From Candidatus Latescibacterota bacterium (GTDB taxonomy: Bacteria; Latescibacterota; UBA2968; UBA8231), in assembly GCA_965205655.1 (NCBI GenBank), contig CBDBIJ010000137.1, positions 1 to 63,973 on the forward strand: a DNA stretch of 63,973 nucleotides, in the 5' to 3' direction. The position numbers were made by a program, and so were the translations under genes. The notes under the pieces were generated by a model. That model was not told where the DNA came from. It worked only from the letters and a program-made list of their open reading frames with translations, and made no database searches. Shown here piece by piece: positions 40,175 through 51,184 of this stretch (positions within the stretch are counted from its first letter, which is position 1; every line of letters starts with the position of its first letter).

Positions 40175-41005
40175 CTACCCATCGGCTTTGGGAATGAGGA
40201 CGTGCAGCTCGCGGTACTCGACGACATACAGGGCGAAAAGGGAGGCGATTATGACGAGAGCGAGGTAGTGGAATTTCTCGCGCCCCGCGGCGAGGTCCTT
40301 CTGCGGTTCGAGGTCGGACCTGAACTTGCCGGACATATTCCGCTGGATGTAGGTCTTGTAGTATTCGATGACGAATCGATCCAGACCACCGTTCATGAAG
40401 ATGAGAAACCCGAGGGCTGCCCCCGCTTCTGCATCAGTGATGAAATAGAGCAGCGGACTCGCCAGCGCCAGAACTACCCCCGATCGTTGAAACTTGGCCG
40501 CCTTGAATCCCTCGAAGGGCGCGTCCTTGTAGGCTCCCCCAAGTGACACGAGCAGCCCTGTTCCGTATCCGACGACGGCAAACGACAGCAGGCCCTTCAC
40601 GGGCATACTGACGAACAGCGTGGCGAGCACGGTGGCGACGAGTATCGATCCCATTGAGCGCCGCAGCCAATCGCTGGCTACGTGGCGGCCGAAGAATGTG
40701 ATCCGTGAGGGCACAAAGTATTTGGACTGATCCTCGGTGCGAAAAAATCCCTTGTACAACTCCGCCAGAAAACGCTCGATCCCCATGACGACGAAGAACA
40801 GCTGAAAGAGCCCGAGGCCAGTGATCTGCTCGCCCAGTGCCGGCAGGCACAAGAGCGCTGCGAAGATGACGACGTTGAAGTAGATGCTGCGCGGAAATGT
40901 CCTGCCCTTGAAGCCCTCGTACGGTGAGTCCTTGAAGGCCCCCCAGAGAGATGTGTAAAGGCCGGAGATGATGGTGACGAGGAGCGGTATGGCGAATGAT
41001 GTCAT
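40175..41005 (-). CDS. hypothetical membrane protein with internal duplication
   Basis: GAFKDSPYEGFK..FPRS / GAYKDAPFEGFK..FQRS repeats; multiple TM segments. Confidence 0.75.
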   Translation of the reverse strand: MTSFAIPLLVTIISGLYTSLWGAFKDSPYEGFKGRTFPRSIYFNVVIFAALLCLPALGEQITGLGLFQLFFVVMGIERFLAELYKGFFRTEDQSKYFVPSRITFFGRHVASDWLRRSMGSILVATVLATLFVSMPVKGLLSFAVVGYGTGLLVSLGGAYKDAPFEGFKAAKFQRSGVVLALASPLLYFITDAEAGAALGFLIFMNGGLDRFVIEYYKTYIQRNMSGKFRSDLEPQKDLAAGREKFHYLALVIIASLFALYVVEYRELHVLIPKADG

Positions 41006-41165
41006 TTCTGTGGCGTGGGCCGCTTGCAGATGGCGAGATCGGAGCCGAATACTCTATCACACGATTGACGGGCTGGCAAGACGGTTCCACTCTGTGTTTT
41101 CGCGAAGTGCCGCTAGCCACTATCTTCTTGGCCCTCAAAATACCACCACCACACCCGGAGCACCC

Positions 41166-42029
41166 GTGCGGTTAGGCATCGTAGGAATGTGCCCTGGCGA
41201 CATGCGGCAACTTGAGGCCCGCCACCTCGAAGAGATCGCGGCCCTTGGATTGACGGGTGCTTCCCTGGGCGGTTCCACCGAGATTCTGCCCGAAATCACC
41301 TCCGCGGACTGCACTGCAGTGCGGGCCGTGTTCGAGTCGACCGGTGTGGACCTCGTGCAGTTTTCCATCCGCTACCCCGAGTGCCTCTTCGACCCCGATG
41401 ACTCGGTGCGGGAGCGAGTGGTCGAGACCATCCACCGGGGTATCGAGGTGGGCGGCGAGCTCGATGCCGACGTGACCCTCATACGGCCCGGCAGCCTCAG
41501 CCCGACCGGCAGTTACAGTCCCAGCCCGGACAATCATCGCCCGGAGTGCAAGCAGCGTCTGGTCGAGACATTGCGGATCATCGCTGACAAAGCCGAGGCG
41601 ACAGGCATGACCGTGGTAGTGGAGACGCATCTGCTGACACTCATGGACTCACCTGAGGCCAATGTCGAATTCCTGTCCGCTGTCGGTTCGGACCACCTCA
41701 AGGTTGTCATGGACTACGTCAACCACTTGCAGACCGTGCGTCAGGTCTTCGAGAGCAAGGCGCGTATCGATCATATCTTCGATATCATGGGGCCGATCTC
41801 GGCGGTCGGACACTACAAGGATGTCGTCGTCAGCGACGGCCTCGTCGTGCACATCGACGAGGCGATTCCCGGCGAGGGCGAGCTCGATCTGTCGACGGTG
41901 TTGCGGCGCTGGGATGGCATGCACCCTGACGGATACATGCTCATCGAGCATCTGCGGGACGAGCAGTACCCCTTGGCCGCCGCGAACGCACACCGGCAGA
42001 TCGCCGAGGCCGGCGTCGAGCTGCGCTGA
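41166..42029 (+). CDS. sugar phosphate isomerase/epimerase (TIM barrel)
   Basis: VETH, MDYVN, HYKD, GEGELD, IEH metal-ligand pattern; start uncertain. Confidence 0.85.
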   Translation: MRLGIVGMCPGDMRQLEARHLEEIAALGLTGASLGGSTEILPEITSADCTAVRAVFESTGVDLVQFSIRYPECLFDPDDSVRERVVETIHRGIEVGGELDADVTLIRPGSLSPTGSYSPSPDNHRPECKQRLVETLRIIADKAEATGMTVVVETHLLTLMDSPEANVEFLSAVGSDHLKVVMDYVNHLQTVRQVFESKARIDHIFDIMGPISAVGHYKDVVVSDGLVVHIDEAIPGEGELDLSTVLRRWDGMHPDGYMLIEHLRDEQYPLAAANAHRQIAEAGVELR

Positions 42030-42068
42030 CGTCCGTCCTCCTTCGCCACACATTTCCGGGAGGTTTTC

Positions 42069-43265
42069 GTGATTGCCCCACCCTACGGTTCCGGCGCGCT
42101 CAACGCCCTCATCGTCGATGGCGAACGGCGAGAGACGCTCCTGGCCGAGGCCGAGACGCTGCCCGGTGTAGAGGTTTCATCTGGTGCAGCCGCGTCGGCG
42201 GTCATGCTCGCGTCCGGGTACTTCACACCTTTGACGGGGTACATGAACCTGGCAGACACCCTGAGCGTGGCCGCTGACATGACGACGTCTGATGGCCTCA
42301 TGTGGCCGACACCGGTCGTCAACATCCTGCCTTCGGCAAGCCTGCCTTCCGGAGTAGAAGCGGGGAGCCGCCTCGCCCTGCGCGACCCGAACGTCGACGG
42401 CAATCCTGCTCTGGCCGTCCAGACAGTCGAATCGATCGAATCCCTCTCCGATACGGATCGCAGCCGCATTGTCGAGCAAGTCTTCGGCACCTCGGATGAC
42501 AATCACCCCGGCGTGGGGGCCTTTGTCGCGATGGGGGACACTCTCTTGTCCGGGCCGATCGAGGCTCTCAACTACTCCTACTTCCGCACGGATTTTCCGG
42601 ACACCTTTCGCACCGCCGGAGAGATCCGGGAGGAGTTCGAGCGGCGCGGCTGGTCGAAGATCGTCGCCTTCCAGACTCGCAATCCCATGCACCGCGCTCA
42701 CGAGGAACTCTGCCATATGGCGCAGAAGGCTCTCGGCGCCGACGGCATCCTCATCCACATGCTGCTCGGAAAGCTGAAACCCGGCGACATTCCCGCCGAC
42801 GTGCGCGATGGCGCCATCCGCAAGATGGTGGAGCTCTACTTCCCGGAGAACACGGTCATGATCGCCGGCTACGGATTCGACATGCTCTACGCCGGACCCA
42901 GGGAGGCGGTGCTGCACGCCATCTTTCGCCAGAACGCCGGCTGCACCCACCTCATCGTAGGACGGGATCACGCCGGTGTCGGCGACTACTACGGCGCCTT
43001 CGACGCCCAGACAATCTTCGACGAGATCCCCTCAGGGTCCCTCGAGATCGAGATTTTCCGCGGCGACCACACGGTGTGGTGCCGCAAGTGCGGTGAGGTG
43101 GTCATGATGCGTGACTGCCCCCACGATGCGGAGGATTACCTCATGCTCTCCGGCACGAAGGTTCGCGATATGCTCGCTGCCGGCGAGTCCCTGCCCCCCG
43201 AGTTCGCCCGTCCCGAGGTGGCCCAGATCCTGATGGACTACTATCAGCGAGAGGGCGACGGCTGA
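42069..43265 (+). CDS. sat: sulfate adenylyltransferase
   Basis: QTRNPMHRAHE, YAGPREA, GRDHAG, SGTKVR. Confidence 0.96.
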   Translation: MIAPPYGSGALNALIVDGERRETLLAEAETLPGVEVSSGAAASAVMLASGYFTPLTGYMNLADTLSVAADMTTSDGLMWPTPVVNILPSASLPSGVEAGSRLALRDPNVDGNPALAVQTVESIESLSDTDRSRIVEQVFGTSDDNHPGVGAFVAMGDTLLSGPIEALNYSYFRTDFPDTFRTAGEIREEFERRGWSKIVAFQTRNPMHRAHEELCHMAQKALGADGILIHMLLGKLKPGDIPADVRDGAIRKMVELYFPENTVMIAGYGFDMLYAGPREAVLHAIFRQNAGCTHLIVGRDHAGVGDYYGAFDAQTIFDEIPSGSLEIEIFRGDHTVWCRKCGEVVMMRDCPHDAEDYLMLSGTKVRDMLAAGESLPPEFARPEVAQILMDYYQREGDG

Positions 43266-43292
43266 GGGCGAAGCGAGCCCGCTCGGACATTC

Positions 43293-44645
43293 GTGGCCGA
43301 ACCGACCGTGGAGTTGCTGAGCACGTGCGAGCTGCACGTCCATGTCGGGGGTTGCTTCTTCGTCGAGGATCTCACCGATCTGGCGCGGGACCTTTATGAG
43401 AACGTCGACTGGTCTCCGTTCGAAGAGAACTTCGAGCGCGCCTTCGGACGGCGTCCCGATGCCGTCGACCTGTTCAGGCGGGCGCTCTCTCGTGATGAGG
43501 AGGGGCTCACCGATCTGCGGCGTCATTACATCCTCGGCCGCGCCGACGGCGGCGACTTCCACAAATTCATCGCCAAGTTCTCTCTGCTCGCCTGTCTCTA
43601 TCGACACTTCATCAAAATGGGGCGGGATGCGGAACTCGTCCGCCGAGTTGCCGAGCGACATCGGGCGGAAGGCTTGGACTACGTCGAGTACCGCGCGCTC
43701 TACCCCCGCGGCACGGAGGACGCCGAGGATTTTCTCGCCTTCCACCACCAGAACGCCAGCGTCCTGAGACAGTCGTCCGTCGCAGGTTTCACGGCTCGCT
43801 ACATCATCTCTCTGCCGCGGCGCCAGCCTCTGCAGTGCTTCGAGCTCGTGGAGCGATTGCTCCGAGATAGTCCGGAGCTCGTCGAGACTGTTGTGGGCAT
43901 CGACCTCTGCGACGTCGAAGAAGGCTTCCCACCGAAAGCCGTCCGACCTCTTTTCGAGCATCTGGAGCGGTTCAATTCGACCAATCCGGAGCTGGCGCTC
44001 GAGGTCGTCTACCACGTGGGAGAAAGCTTTTTCGATAAATCGCTCGAGTCAGCCGTGCGCTGGTGTCACGAAGCGGCCGAGCTCGGTGTGCGCCGCCTCG
44101 GTCACGTCATCGCTCTGGGCCTCGATCCGGAGATCGCCGTGGCGCGCCGACCGCGGGCTCACGAAACGGAGCTCGTCTCAGAGCGGCTCGACCAGATCGC
44201 CTACGATCTGAGCCACGCCGATGGATTGAGCGGCGCTGGAGTAAACATCGAAACTGATGCCCTTGAGGAGGAGAGATGCGGGTTGCAGAAACGCCCTGAC
44301 GGCGCTGACGTCGAGCGCGCCTACTCCCCGGAGCGGCTCGAGGAGGTCCGGCAGCGCCAGGAGTTCGTGCTGACGAAGCTCGACGAGCTGGGAGCCGTCG
44401 TCGAATGCTGCCCCACCTCGAACGCGCTGATCGGCGCGGTCGGTGACCCCGGGGATCACCCCGTCCATCGGCTTCTCGATTCGCAGGTCGGGCTCGTCAT
44501 CGGGGCGGACGACCCGGGAATCTTCGACTCACCCCTCGCGGCTGAGATCGACTGGGTGGAGAATCACTCGACGATGAATCGCGAAACCCTGTGCCGACGG
44601 CTCGGAGACCCTCACCGGTTTCGACTCGGAGCGCTACGACCCTAA
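43293..44645 (+). CDS. adenosine deaminase-like amidohydrolase
   Basis: ELHVH, HVGE, RLGH, CPTSN, DDPG. Confidence 0.8.
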   Translation: MAEPTVELLSTCELHVHVGGCFFVEDLTDLARDLYENVDWSPFEENFERAFGRRPDAVDLFRRALSRDEEGLTDLRRHYILGRADGGDFHKFIAKFSLLACLYRHFIKMGRDAELVRRVAERHRAEGLDYVEYRALYPRGTEDAEDFLAFHHQNASVLRQSSVAGFTARYIISLPRRQPLQCFELVERLLRDSPELVETVVGIDLCDVEEGFPPKAVRPLFEHLERFNSTNPELALEVVYHVGESFFDKSLESAVRWCHEAAELGVRRLGHVIALGLDPEIAVARRPRAHETELVSERLDQIAYDLSHADGLSGAGVNIETDALEEERCGLQKRPDGADVERAYSPERLEEVRQRQEFVLTKLDELGAVVECCPTSNALIGAVGDPGDHPVHRLLDSQVGLVIGADDPGIFDSPLAAEIDWVENHSTMNRETLCRRLGDPHRFRLGALRP

Positions 44646-45239
44646 GCGAATCTCTCCATTCGCGATCTTCTGTAGCGTTTCGGCATACAGGACATGCTCC
44701 TGCTCGAGCACGCGAGCCGCCAGGCTGTCCGGCGTGTCGTCGGGCAGCACGGGCACCGTCACCTGAGCGAGAGCTGGGCCGTGGTCGTAAACATCGTCCA
44801 CGAGGTGCACGGTGACACCGCTTTCCTTTTCGCCGGCTGCCAGAACCGCCTCGTGTACGGCCCGACCGTAGAACCCCTGACCCCCGAATTTCGGCAGCAA
44901 TGCGGGATGAATGTTGAGAATGCGTCCCCTGAAGCTCGCCAGCGTCCTGGGACCGAGCAGCTTCATGTAGCCGGCCAGACAGACGACGGTCACGTCGTGT
45001 GATACGAACGCCGACTCGATGGCTTCGTCGAGCGCGGCCGGTTCGGGATGCGTGTGGCTGCTGAGATGGTGCGTGGGAATCTTTTCTGCCAGGGCTCGCC
45101 GGAGTGCTCCCGACGTCGAGTTGTTGCCGATTACCACGCGCGGCTCAGCATTCAGCTCACCCGAGCCACACGCATCGATGATGGCCTGCATGTTCGTCCC
45201 GGAACCCGAGGCGAGAAATCCGAGCCTGAGCCGTTCCAT
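44634..45239 (-). CDS. purN: phosphoribosylglycinamide formyltransferase
   Basis: SGSGTN, LAGYM, NIHPALLP, D.GP. Confidence 0.96.
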   Translation of the reverse strand: MERLRLGFLASGSGTNMQAIIDACGSGELNAEPRVVIGNNSTSGALRRALAEKIPTHHLSSHTHPEPAALDEAIESAFVSHDVTVVCLAGYMKLLGPRTLASFRGRILNIHPALLPKFGGQGFYGRAVHEAVLAAGEKESGVTVHLVDDVYDHGPALAQVTVPVLPDDTPDSLAARVLEQEHVLYAETLQKIANGEIRLGS

Positions 45240-45256
45240 TGCCCTTGTCCGCGGGC

Positions 45257-45622
45257 CTACAGGATCTCCAACACGTTTTCCGGCGGGCGGCCCACTCTCG
45301 CGTACGCCTGCGCACCGTTTCCCGACACGACGATGGGGCGCTCGATGAGGATCGGGGTCTCAACCATGGCTTTGATCAGTGCAGACCGATCGCACAGCTT
45401 CGCTTCCAGCCCGAGCTGTTCGAATTCATCCTCTTTGCTTCTGATGAGCTCAGCCGGCTCCATTCCCAACAGTTGCAGGATCTCGTCGAATCGCTCTTCA
45501 TCGGGAGGCGTCCTCAGATACTCCACGATCTCGGGCTCAATCCCCTTCTCCCTGATCAGCTCGAGGGTTTGCCTGCTCTTGCTGCACCCGGGATTGTGGT
45601 AGATGGTCACCTCCTCCGGCAT
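45257..45622 (-). CDS. arsC: arsenate reductase (glutaredoxin) family protein
   Basis: YHNPGCSKSR, IERP, GRPPE. Confidence 0.9.
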   Translation of the reverse strand: MPEEVTIYHNPGCSKSRQTLELIREKGIEPEIVEYLRTPPDEERFDEILQLLGMEPAELIRSKEDEFEQLGLEAKLCDRSALIKAMVETPILIERPIVVSGNGAQAYARVGRPPENVLEIL

Positions 45623-45771
45623 GAGTCCGTCTCCTTGCTCTCGTGTAAGCATTACGGTAAGACATCAGATCGATCTTCGCACGAGCCCGCGTCAGCGTGG
45701 CCGACCGGTGATTGCGGACCTATCTTATCGGACCTCGTCAACCATCAATCTCACCGCGAGACCGACAACCC

Positions 45772-46741
45772 ATGTCCTTCAAGTTCGTCTTTTCCCCACC
45801 GCCCAACTCGCTGTTCCCGGAATGGAAGGCCGCTATCGAAGCGGCGGTTGCCGGCGTCGAGGTCGTCATCGCCGAGTCCCGCGAGCAGGCGCTCGTTGAG
45901 CTCGCCGATACTCCGGCCGCTTTTGGCTTCCTCGACCAGGAGCTGCTCGCTGCGGCGCCGAAGCTCGAATGGCTTTGCGCTCCGCAGGCGGGACCCGATC
46001 CCAGCTTCTACTTCCGCGAGCTCGTCGAGAGCGACGTCACGGTGACCAACCTCCGCGGCATCTTCAATGACCACATCTCCGCCCACATCATGTCTTTCGT
46101 CCTCGCCTTCGCCCGCGGCCTGCACATCTACCTGCCCAACCAGTTTCGCGGCCTCTGGGCGGGGGGGAGCGAACGGAGAGAGGCGACCTATCTGCCGCAC
46201 AGCACTGCCGTCATCATCGGCGTCGGCGGCATCGGCGGCGAGACCGCCAGACACTGCAGCTACTTTGGCATGAGCGTAATCGGCATCGACCCCCGGGTCG
46301 AGGAGCCCCCGGAGGGGGTGGCTGAGCTCTACCCCCCCGCGGAGCTGGACGACCATATTGGACGCGCCGATTTCGTCATCATGACAGCTCCTCAGACGCC
46401 TCAAATGCAGCGGATGATGAATCTGGAGCGTATGCGGAGGATGAAGCGGACTGCCATACTCATCAACATCGGTCGCGGCGCCAATCTCGTGCTCGACGAC
46501 CTCGCAACAGCGCTCTACGAGGGCATCATCGGCGGCGGGCGCCTTGGACGTCTTCGAGATCGAGCCGTTGCCGCCCGATCATCGCCTCTGGAAAGCGCCC
46601 AATTTTCTCATGACGCCGCACACAGCCGCGGCCGGCGGCTTCATCAAGGAGCGTCGTCGCGACCTCATCGTTGAGAACTGTCGCCGCTTCTCGCGCGGAG
46701 AGGAACTGCTGAATGTCGTGGATAAGGAGAACTGGTTTTAG
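45772..46741 (+). CDS. D-2-hydroxyacid dehydrogenase, frameshift near 46540
   Basis: GVGGIG, NIGRG, then LDVFEIEP and TPH in a shifted frame. Confidence 0.88.
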
Positions 46742-46762
46742 GAGACTCTCGGCGCGCCTGAA

Positions 46763-47413
46763 TCACACCTTGCCGTTGCCACTCGGAAGGCTGCCCACTA
46801 TGAGCAGCCAACCGTGGGCTTTGACCGGCTTTTTCACCTCCCACTCCTTCACCTCCCCTCCCAGCTTCTTCTCGGCTTTCGCGCACACATCGTCGAAGGG
46901 TGGCCGACCCGGATCGGCCACGATAACCTGCTGCACCCCGGCGTTGACCGCCTTCTTTATCAGTTTGTACAACGGATCGACCATGTTGTCCCAAAAGCAG
47001 ATGTCCGCCCCCAGCAGGATGTTCTGCTCCGCGAGGTGCTTCTTCTTCAGATTCTCGAAGCGCGATTTCCGCGTGTTGACGACGACGCCGTTGAGCTCGG
47101 CGTGCACGTGGAGATAGGGGAAGACCTTCGAGTCGGCATCCACCCCCACAACGCTGGCGCCGTGATTCTTGGCGCAGTAGATGGAGGCGAGGCCCCAGCC
47201 GCAGCCCACCTCCATGACGCGCGACTGCTCCGGCAGCCCCTGGTGTTCCAGGTAATCCATGATGAGCCAGCTGGAGGTCCAGAATTTGTGGCCGTGGATA
47301 TCCGGTTCGTGATCCTGCTTCAGTCCTCGGATTCGCTCGTGGGAAGCCTTGAGAATCGTCACCCCGAAGGCCTCGCGTTTGTCTGTCTTCGCTTGTTTCC
47401 TTTTCTTGCCCAT
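46763..47413 (-). CDS. class I SAM-dependent methyltransferase
   Basis: EVGCGWG, GADI, ADPGR. Confidence 0.85.
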   Translation of the reverse strand: MGKKRKQAKTDKREAFGVTILKASHERIRGLKQDHEPDIHGHKFWTSSWLIMDYLEHQGLPEQSRVMEVGCGWGLASIYCAKNHGASVVGVDADSKVFPYLHVHAELNGVVVNTRKSRFENLKKKHLAEQNILLGADICFWDNMVDPLYKLIKKAVNAGVQQVIVADPGRPPFDDVCAKAEKKLGGEVKEWEVKKPVKAHGWLLIVGSLPSGNGKV

Positions 47414-47492
47414 GTCAGATCCGGAATCCGCTCGTTTGTGTGTGCAGAATTTGAAAGGTACGCGATGGCCGTGTCTCGGCAAGAAACTACCC

Positions 47493-50276
47493 GTTGATTC
47501 GCTACGTCAAAGCCAGTGGAGCGCGAAGGACGGCTACCGCGACTTCCTCGTCATCGCCTTCCCGCTAATTCTCAGTACGGCGACTGGTCCGTCCTCCAGC
47601 GCCCCAGGGTTTTCTTGGACACATTAGAGGGTCCACATGGACCTGAAAGGAGTGTTCGAGATGACTAAGCAGAAGAAGGGTGTTCGGGTCGGGCCGATTC
47701 TCCGCTCGTCGAAAGCAGGAGGCGGTGTTGCGCCTGCTGCGTGGGGAGGACCTGGAGGTCCTGTCCCGGGAGTTGGGTGTGATGGCAGCCACGCTGAGTG
47801 AGTGGCGCGAGCAGTTCCTGGGTGGGGGTGAGTCAGCTCTGCACAGCCGTACCCGTGATGAGCGGGATGAACAGATCGCCCGCCTGAAAGCGAAGGTGGG
47901 GGATCTGACGATGGACAACGAGTTGCTGGAGTCCAAGATCCATCGCCTGGAGGATGGACTCCCTTTGGCATCCCGGAGGTCGAAGCGATGAGCCAGACCC
48001 AGTCGCCCTCCAGGAAGCGGCCGTACAGGCTGCAGCGTGTGTGTCGGGTCTGGCAGTTTCCTCGCTCCACCGTCCACGAGCATCGGCGTCGGGCGGCTCT
48101 GCGTCCGGAGAGCGTCTTGAGCGGAAGAAACGAGGTCCCCAAGGGCCGTGTACCGACGATGAGCTAGCTGAGAAGATTCGCGAGTTGCTGAAGGCGTCCC
48201 CCTTTCACGGGGAAGGCTACCGCAAGATGTGGGCCCAGCTGCGGGCGCAGGACATCCGCACCTCGAAGGAACGCGTACGCCGTGTGGTGCGCGAGCACGG
48301 CCTGCAGGTGCCGCAACGCGCCGCGCCAAGAGGGCCCGCAAGCACACGACGGGACGATCACCCACCGAGCGACCAGACCAGATGTGGGGAACCGACTTGA
48401 CCACCACCGTGACCACCGGCGAAGGCACAGCTACGGTCTTCGTGGCTGTCGACCACTGCAGCTCGGAGTGCATCGGCATTCATGCAGCGGCCACAGGCGA
48501 CCGTTTCGAGGCCCTGGAGCCGATCCACCAGGGAGTCCGCGAACACTTCGGCGGCGGCGACAAGGGTATCGCCGGGGGGCTGCAGCTGCGCCACGATCAT
48601 GGCTCTGCGTACATGTCCGACCACTTCCAGAAACAGATCGACTTCCTGGGCATCGAGTCGTCGCCCAGCTTCGTGCGTGCCCCGGAGGGCAATGGCTGCT
48701 CCGAGCGATTCATCCGCACCCTCAAGGAGAATCTCCTGTGGGTCCGATACTTTGCCACGGTCGAAGAGCTCCGTCTTGCCCTGCTCGAATTCAAGAGAGT
48801 CTACAACGAGAAGTGGCTCCTCGAGCGACACAACTATCAGACACCAAACCAGGTGCGCCGGAGCTTCCAGCAGGAGTTGTCCAAGGCGGCCTGACCATCC
48901 GCCAAATCAGTGTCCAGAAACCCAGGGCTTTACAGTCCAGCACTTCGTCGACAGAGTGTTCCTCACGTGGTACTCCACCGAGGCACTGGCGGCTGCCCTT
49001 CCCGCCGGCATGACGAGTTTCGTCATCACTGCCCTGTTTCTCGGCACTGCGGGATACGTCAATACCTTCGTTGCCCCAGTACACCGGCGCCGGAAGACCG
49101 CATCGAGTGGGGCCCTCGCTGTGGCAGGGAGGGTACCTGTCGGTCATGAGCGGCGTTGCGGGATTGGGATGCGCTGCCGTGTCCGACCCGCTCTTCGATT
49201 TCGTCGGCCCACGATCCGGCCATCCGGGCGGACGAAGTCGCCTATTTCCGGATCCTGTGCTACGGCCTGTTCCCGATCGTCCTGTCCAGTGCGCTGTCCT
49301 GCTTCTACAGCGGTCGCGGAAAGACCTGGACAGTGCTCGCGGTCAGCACCGCCACCATGCTGGCGAATGTTCTCCTCGACTACAGCCTCATCTTCGGAAA
49401 CTGGGGATTCCCGAGGTGGGGCATCGAAGGAGCCGCGTGGGCCACGAACAGAGCCAACCTGTTCGGCGCCATCCTCTATGGACTCCTGCTCATTCAACGC
49501 CGCTACCGGACAGAGTTCGCCACCCTCAGTGGCTGGCGCCTCGATCAGAGCTGTTCTCCCGACTGTTGCGGTACGGCGTCCCCAACGGCATCAACTTCAT
49601 GCTCGATCTTCTGGCCCTGTCCCTGTTCGTCCTCGTCATGGGGCGGGTGGGCACCCTCGAGCTGACCGCCACAAACCTCGCTTTCAACATCAACAGCCTC
49701 GCCTTCATGCCCCTCATCGGTTGCGGCATCGCAGTGTCGACGATGGTGGGGCAGCGTCTGGGTCAAGATCGACCGGACGCGGCCGAGACCGCTACCTGGT
49801 CGGGCGTCCAGCTCGCCCTGGTCTACATGGGAACGATGTCATTGGCCTATCTCTTTCTGCCCCGACTCTTCCTATCGCCTTACGGTGTGGGCGCGCAGGG
49901 CCCTGAGTTCGAGGCCGCTCGCGATCTCGCCGCTTTGCTGCTGCGCTTCGTAGCTGCCTACTGCGTCTTCGACGCTTTGTTCATCGTTTTCACGGCCACT
50001 CTGAAAAGAGCTGGAGACACCCGCTATGTCATGTACCTATCCGTTTTTCTCGGCTTTGTGATCATGGCAATCCCTTCCTACGTGGCCCATCACTATTTCG
50101 ACGCCGGCGTCTATGTCATGTGGGCGTTCATGTGCGCTTACATCATGATCGGCGGCATCGCCTTCTATTTTCGCTTCCGGGGCGGCAAGTGGAAGAGCAT
50201 GCGGGTGATAGAGGAGCACCCCGCACCCAAGGTGGAGGAACCCAGGATGATGGGCGAGGCGACTGGAGGTATCTGA
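47493..50276 (+). pseudogene. MATE efflux transporter interrupted by IS3, with further indels
   Basis: IAFPLILS before the IS, QHFVDRVF after; GIEGAAWAT, VGQRLG, GDT; start approximate. Confidence 0.88.
47595..48934 (+). mobile_element. IS3-family insertion sequence (copy 2), 4-bp TSD GTCC; orfA 47661-47991, orfB 47988-48894
   Basis: GTCC at 47591-47594 and 48935-48938; near-identical to 7606-8947. Confidence 0.93.
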
Positions 50277-50279
50277 ACT

Positions 50280-51179
50280 ATGCCCGATTTCGTGTGGGGA
50301 ATAGATCTAGGGGGCACGAAAACCGAGGGCATCGTCCTGCCCGCCACCGACTCGGCGGAGCCCGTATGCCGCATTCGGGTTCCCACCGAAGCAGAGAAAG
50401 GCTACGGCCATATCCGTGCTCAAATCCGTGGACTCGTGGAGTCGATGAGGGCGGAAGTGGGAGACGAACCCGACGCCATCGGCATCGGCACCCCGGGGGT
50501 GCTCGACCCCCAGACCCTGCGCCTCAAGAACAGCAACACCACCTGCCTCATCGGTGAACCCCTGATGGCCGACCTGCGCAGCGACCTCGGCGCAGAAATC
50601 GTGCTCGCCAACGACGCCAACTGCTTTGCGCTGGCAGAAGCCAGGCTCGGTGCGGCGCGCGGGGCCCAGAGCTGCTTTGGCATCATCCTGGGCACGGGGG
50701 TCGGCGGCGGTGTCGTCATCGGCGACAAAGCCCTGTTCGGATGTCAGGGAATCGCCGGAGAATGGGGCCACAACGTCCTGGATGCCACCGGACCCGACTG
50801 CTACTGCGGCAGGAAAGGCTGTGTCGAGACCTTCCTGGCCGGCCCCCATCTCCAGAGGTTCTACAAAGAGCTCAGCGGCTCCAGCCTGTCACTGCCGGAA
50901 ATCTCCGCGCTGGCGCAATCCGGATCGGACGCCAACGCCGAAGCCACAATCTATCGCCTTGTCACCTATTTCGGCCGGGCCGTCGCCTCTGTCGTCAACA
51001 TCCTCGATCCCCACGTCGTCGTCCTCGGGGGCGGCGTCAGCAACGTCGACATACTCTACAGCAGGGGGCTGGAGGAGTTGAAGCGCTGGGTCTTCAACGA
51101 TCAGGTCCACACAAAGCTCGTTAAGAACGAGCTCGGTGACAGCGCCGGCGTCTTCGGCGCCGCCATGCTCGTCGCCTGA
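50280..51179 (+). CDS. ROK family sugar kinase
   Basis: IDLGGTK, NDANC, GTGVGGG, GEWGH, CYCG..GC. Confidence 0.93.
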   Translation: MPDFVWGIDLGGTKTEGIVLPATDSAEPVCRIRVPTEAEKGYGHIRAQIRGLVESMRAEVGDEPDAIGIGTPGVLDPQTLRLKNSNTTCLIGEPLMADLRSDLGAEIVLANDANCFALAEARLGAARGAQSCFGIILGTGVGGGVVIGDKALFGCQGIAGEWGHNVLDATGPDCYCGRKGCVETFLAGPHLQRFYKELSGSSLSLPEISALAQSGSDANAEATIYRLVTYFGRAVASVVNILDPHVVVLGGGVSNVDILYSRGLEELKRWVFNDQVHTKLVKNELGDSAGVFGAAMLVA

Positions 51180-51184
51180 CTTAC

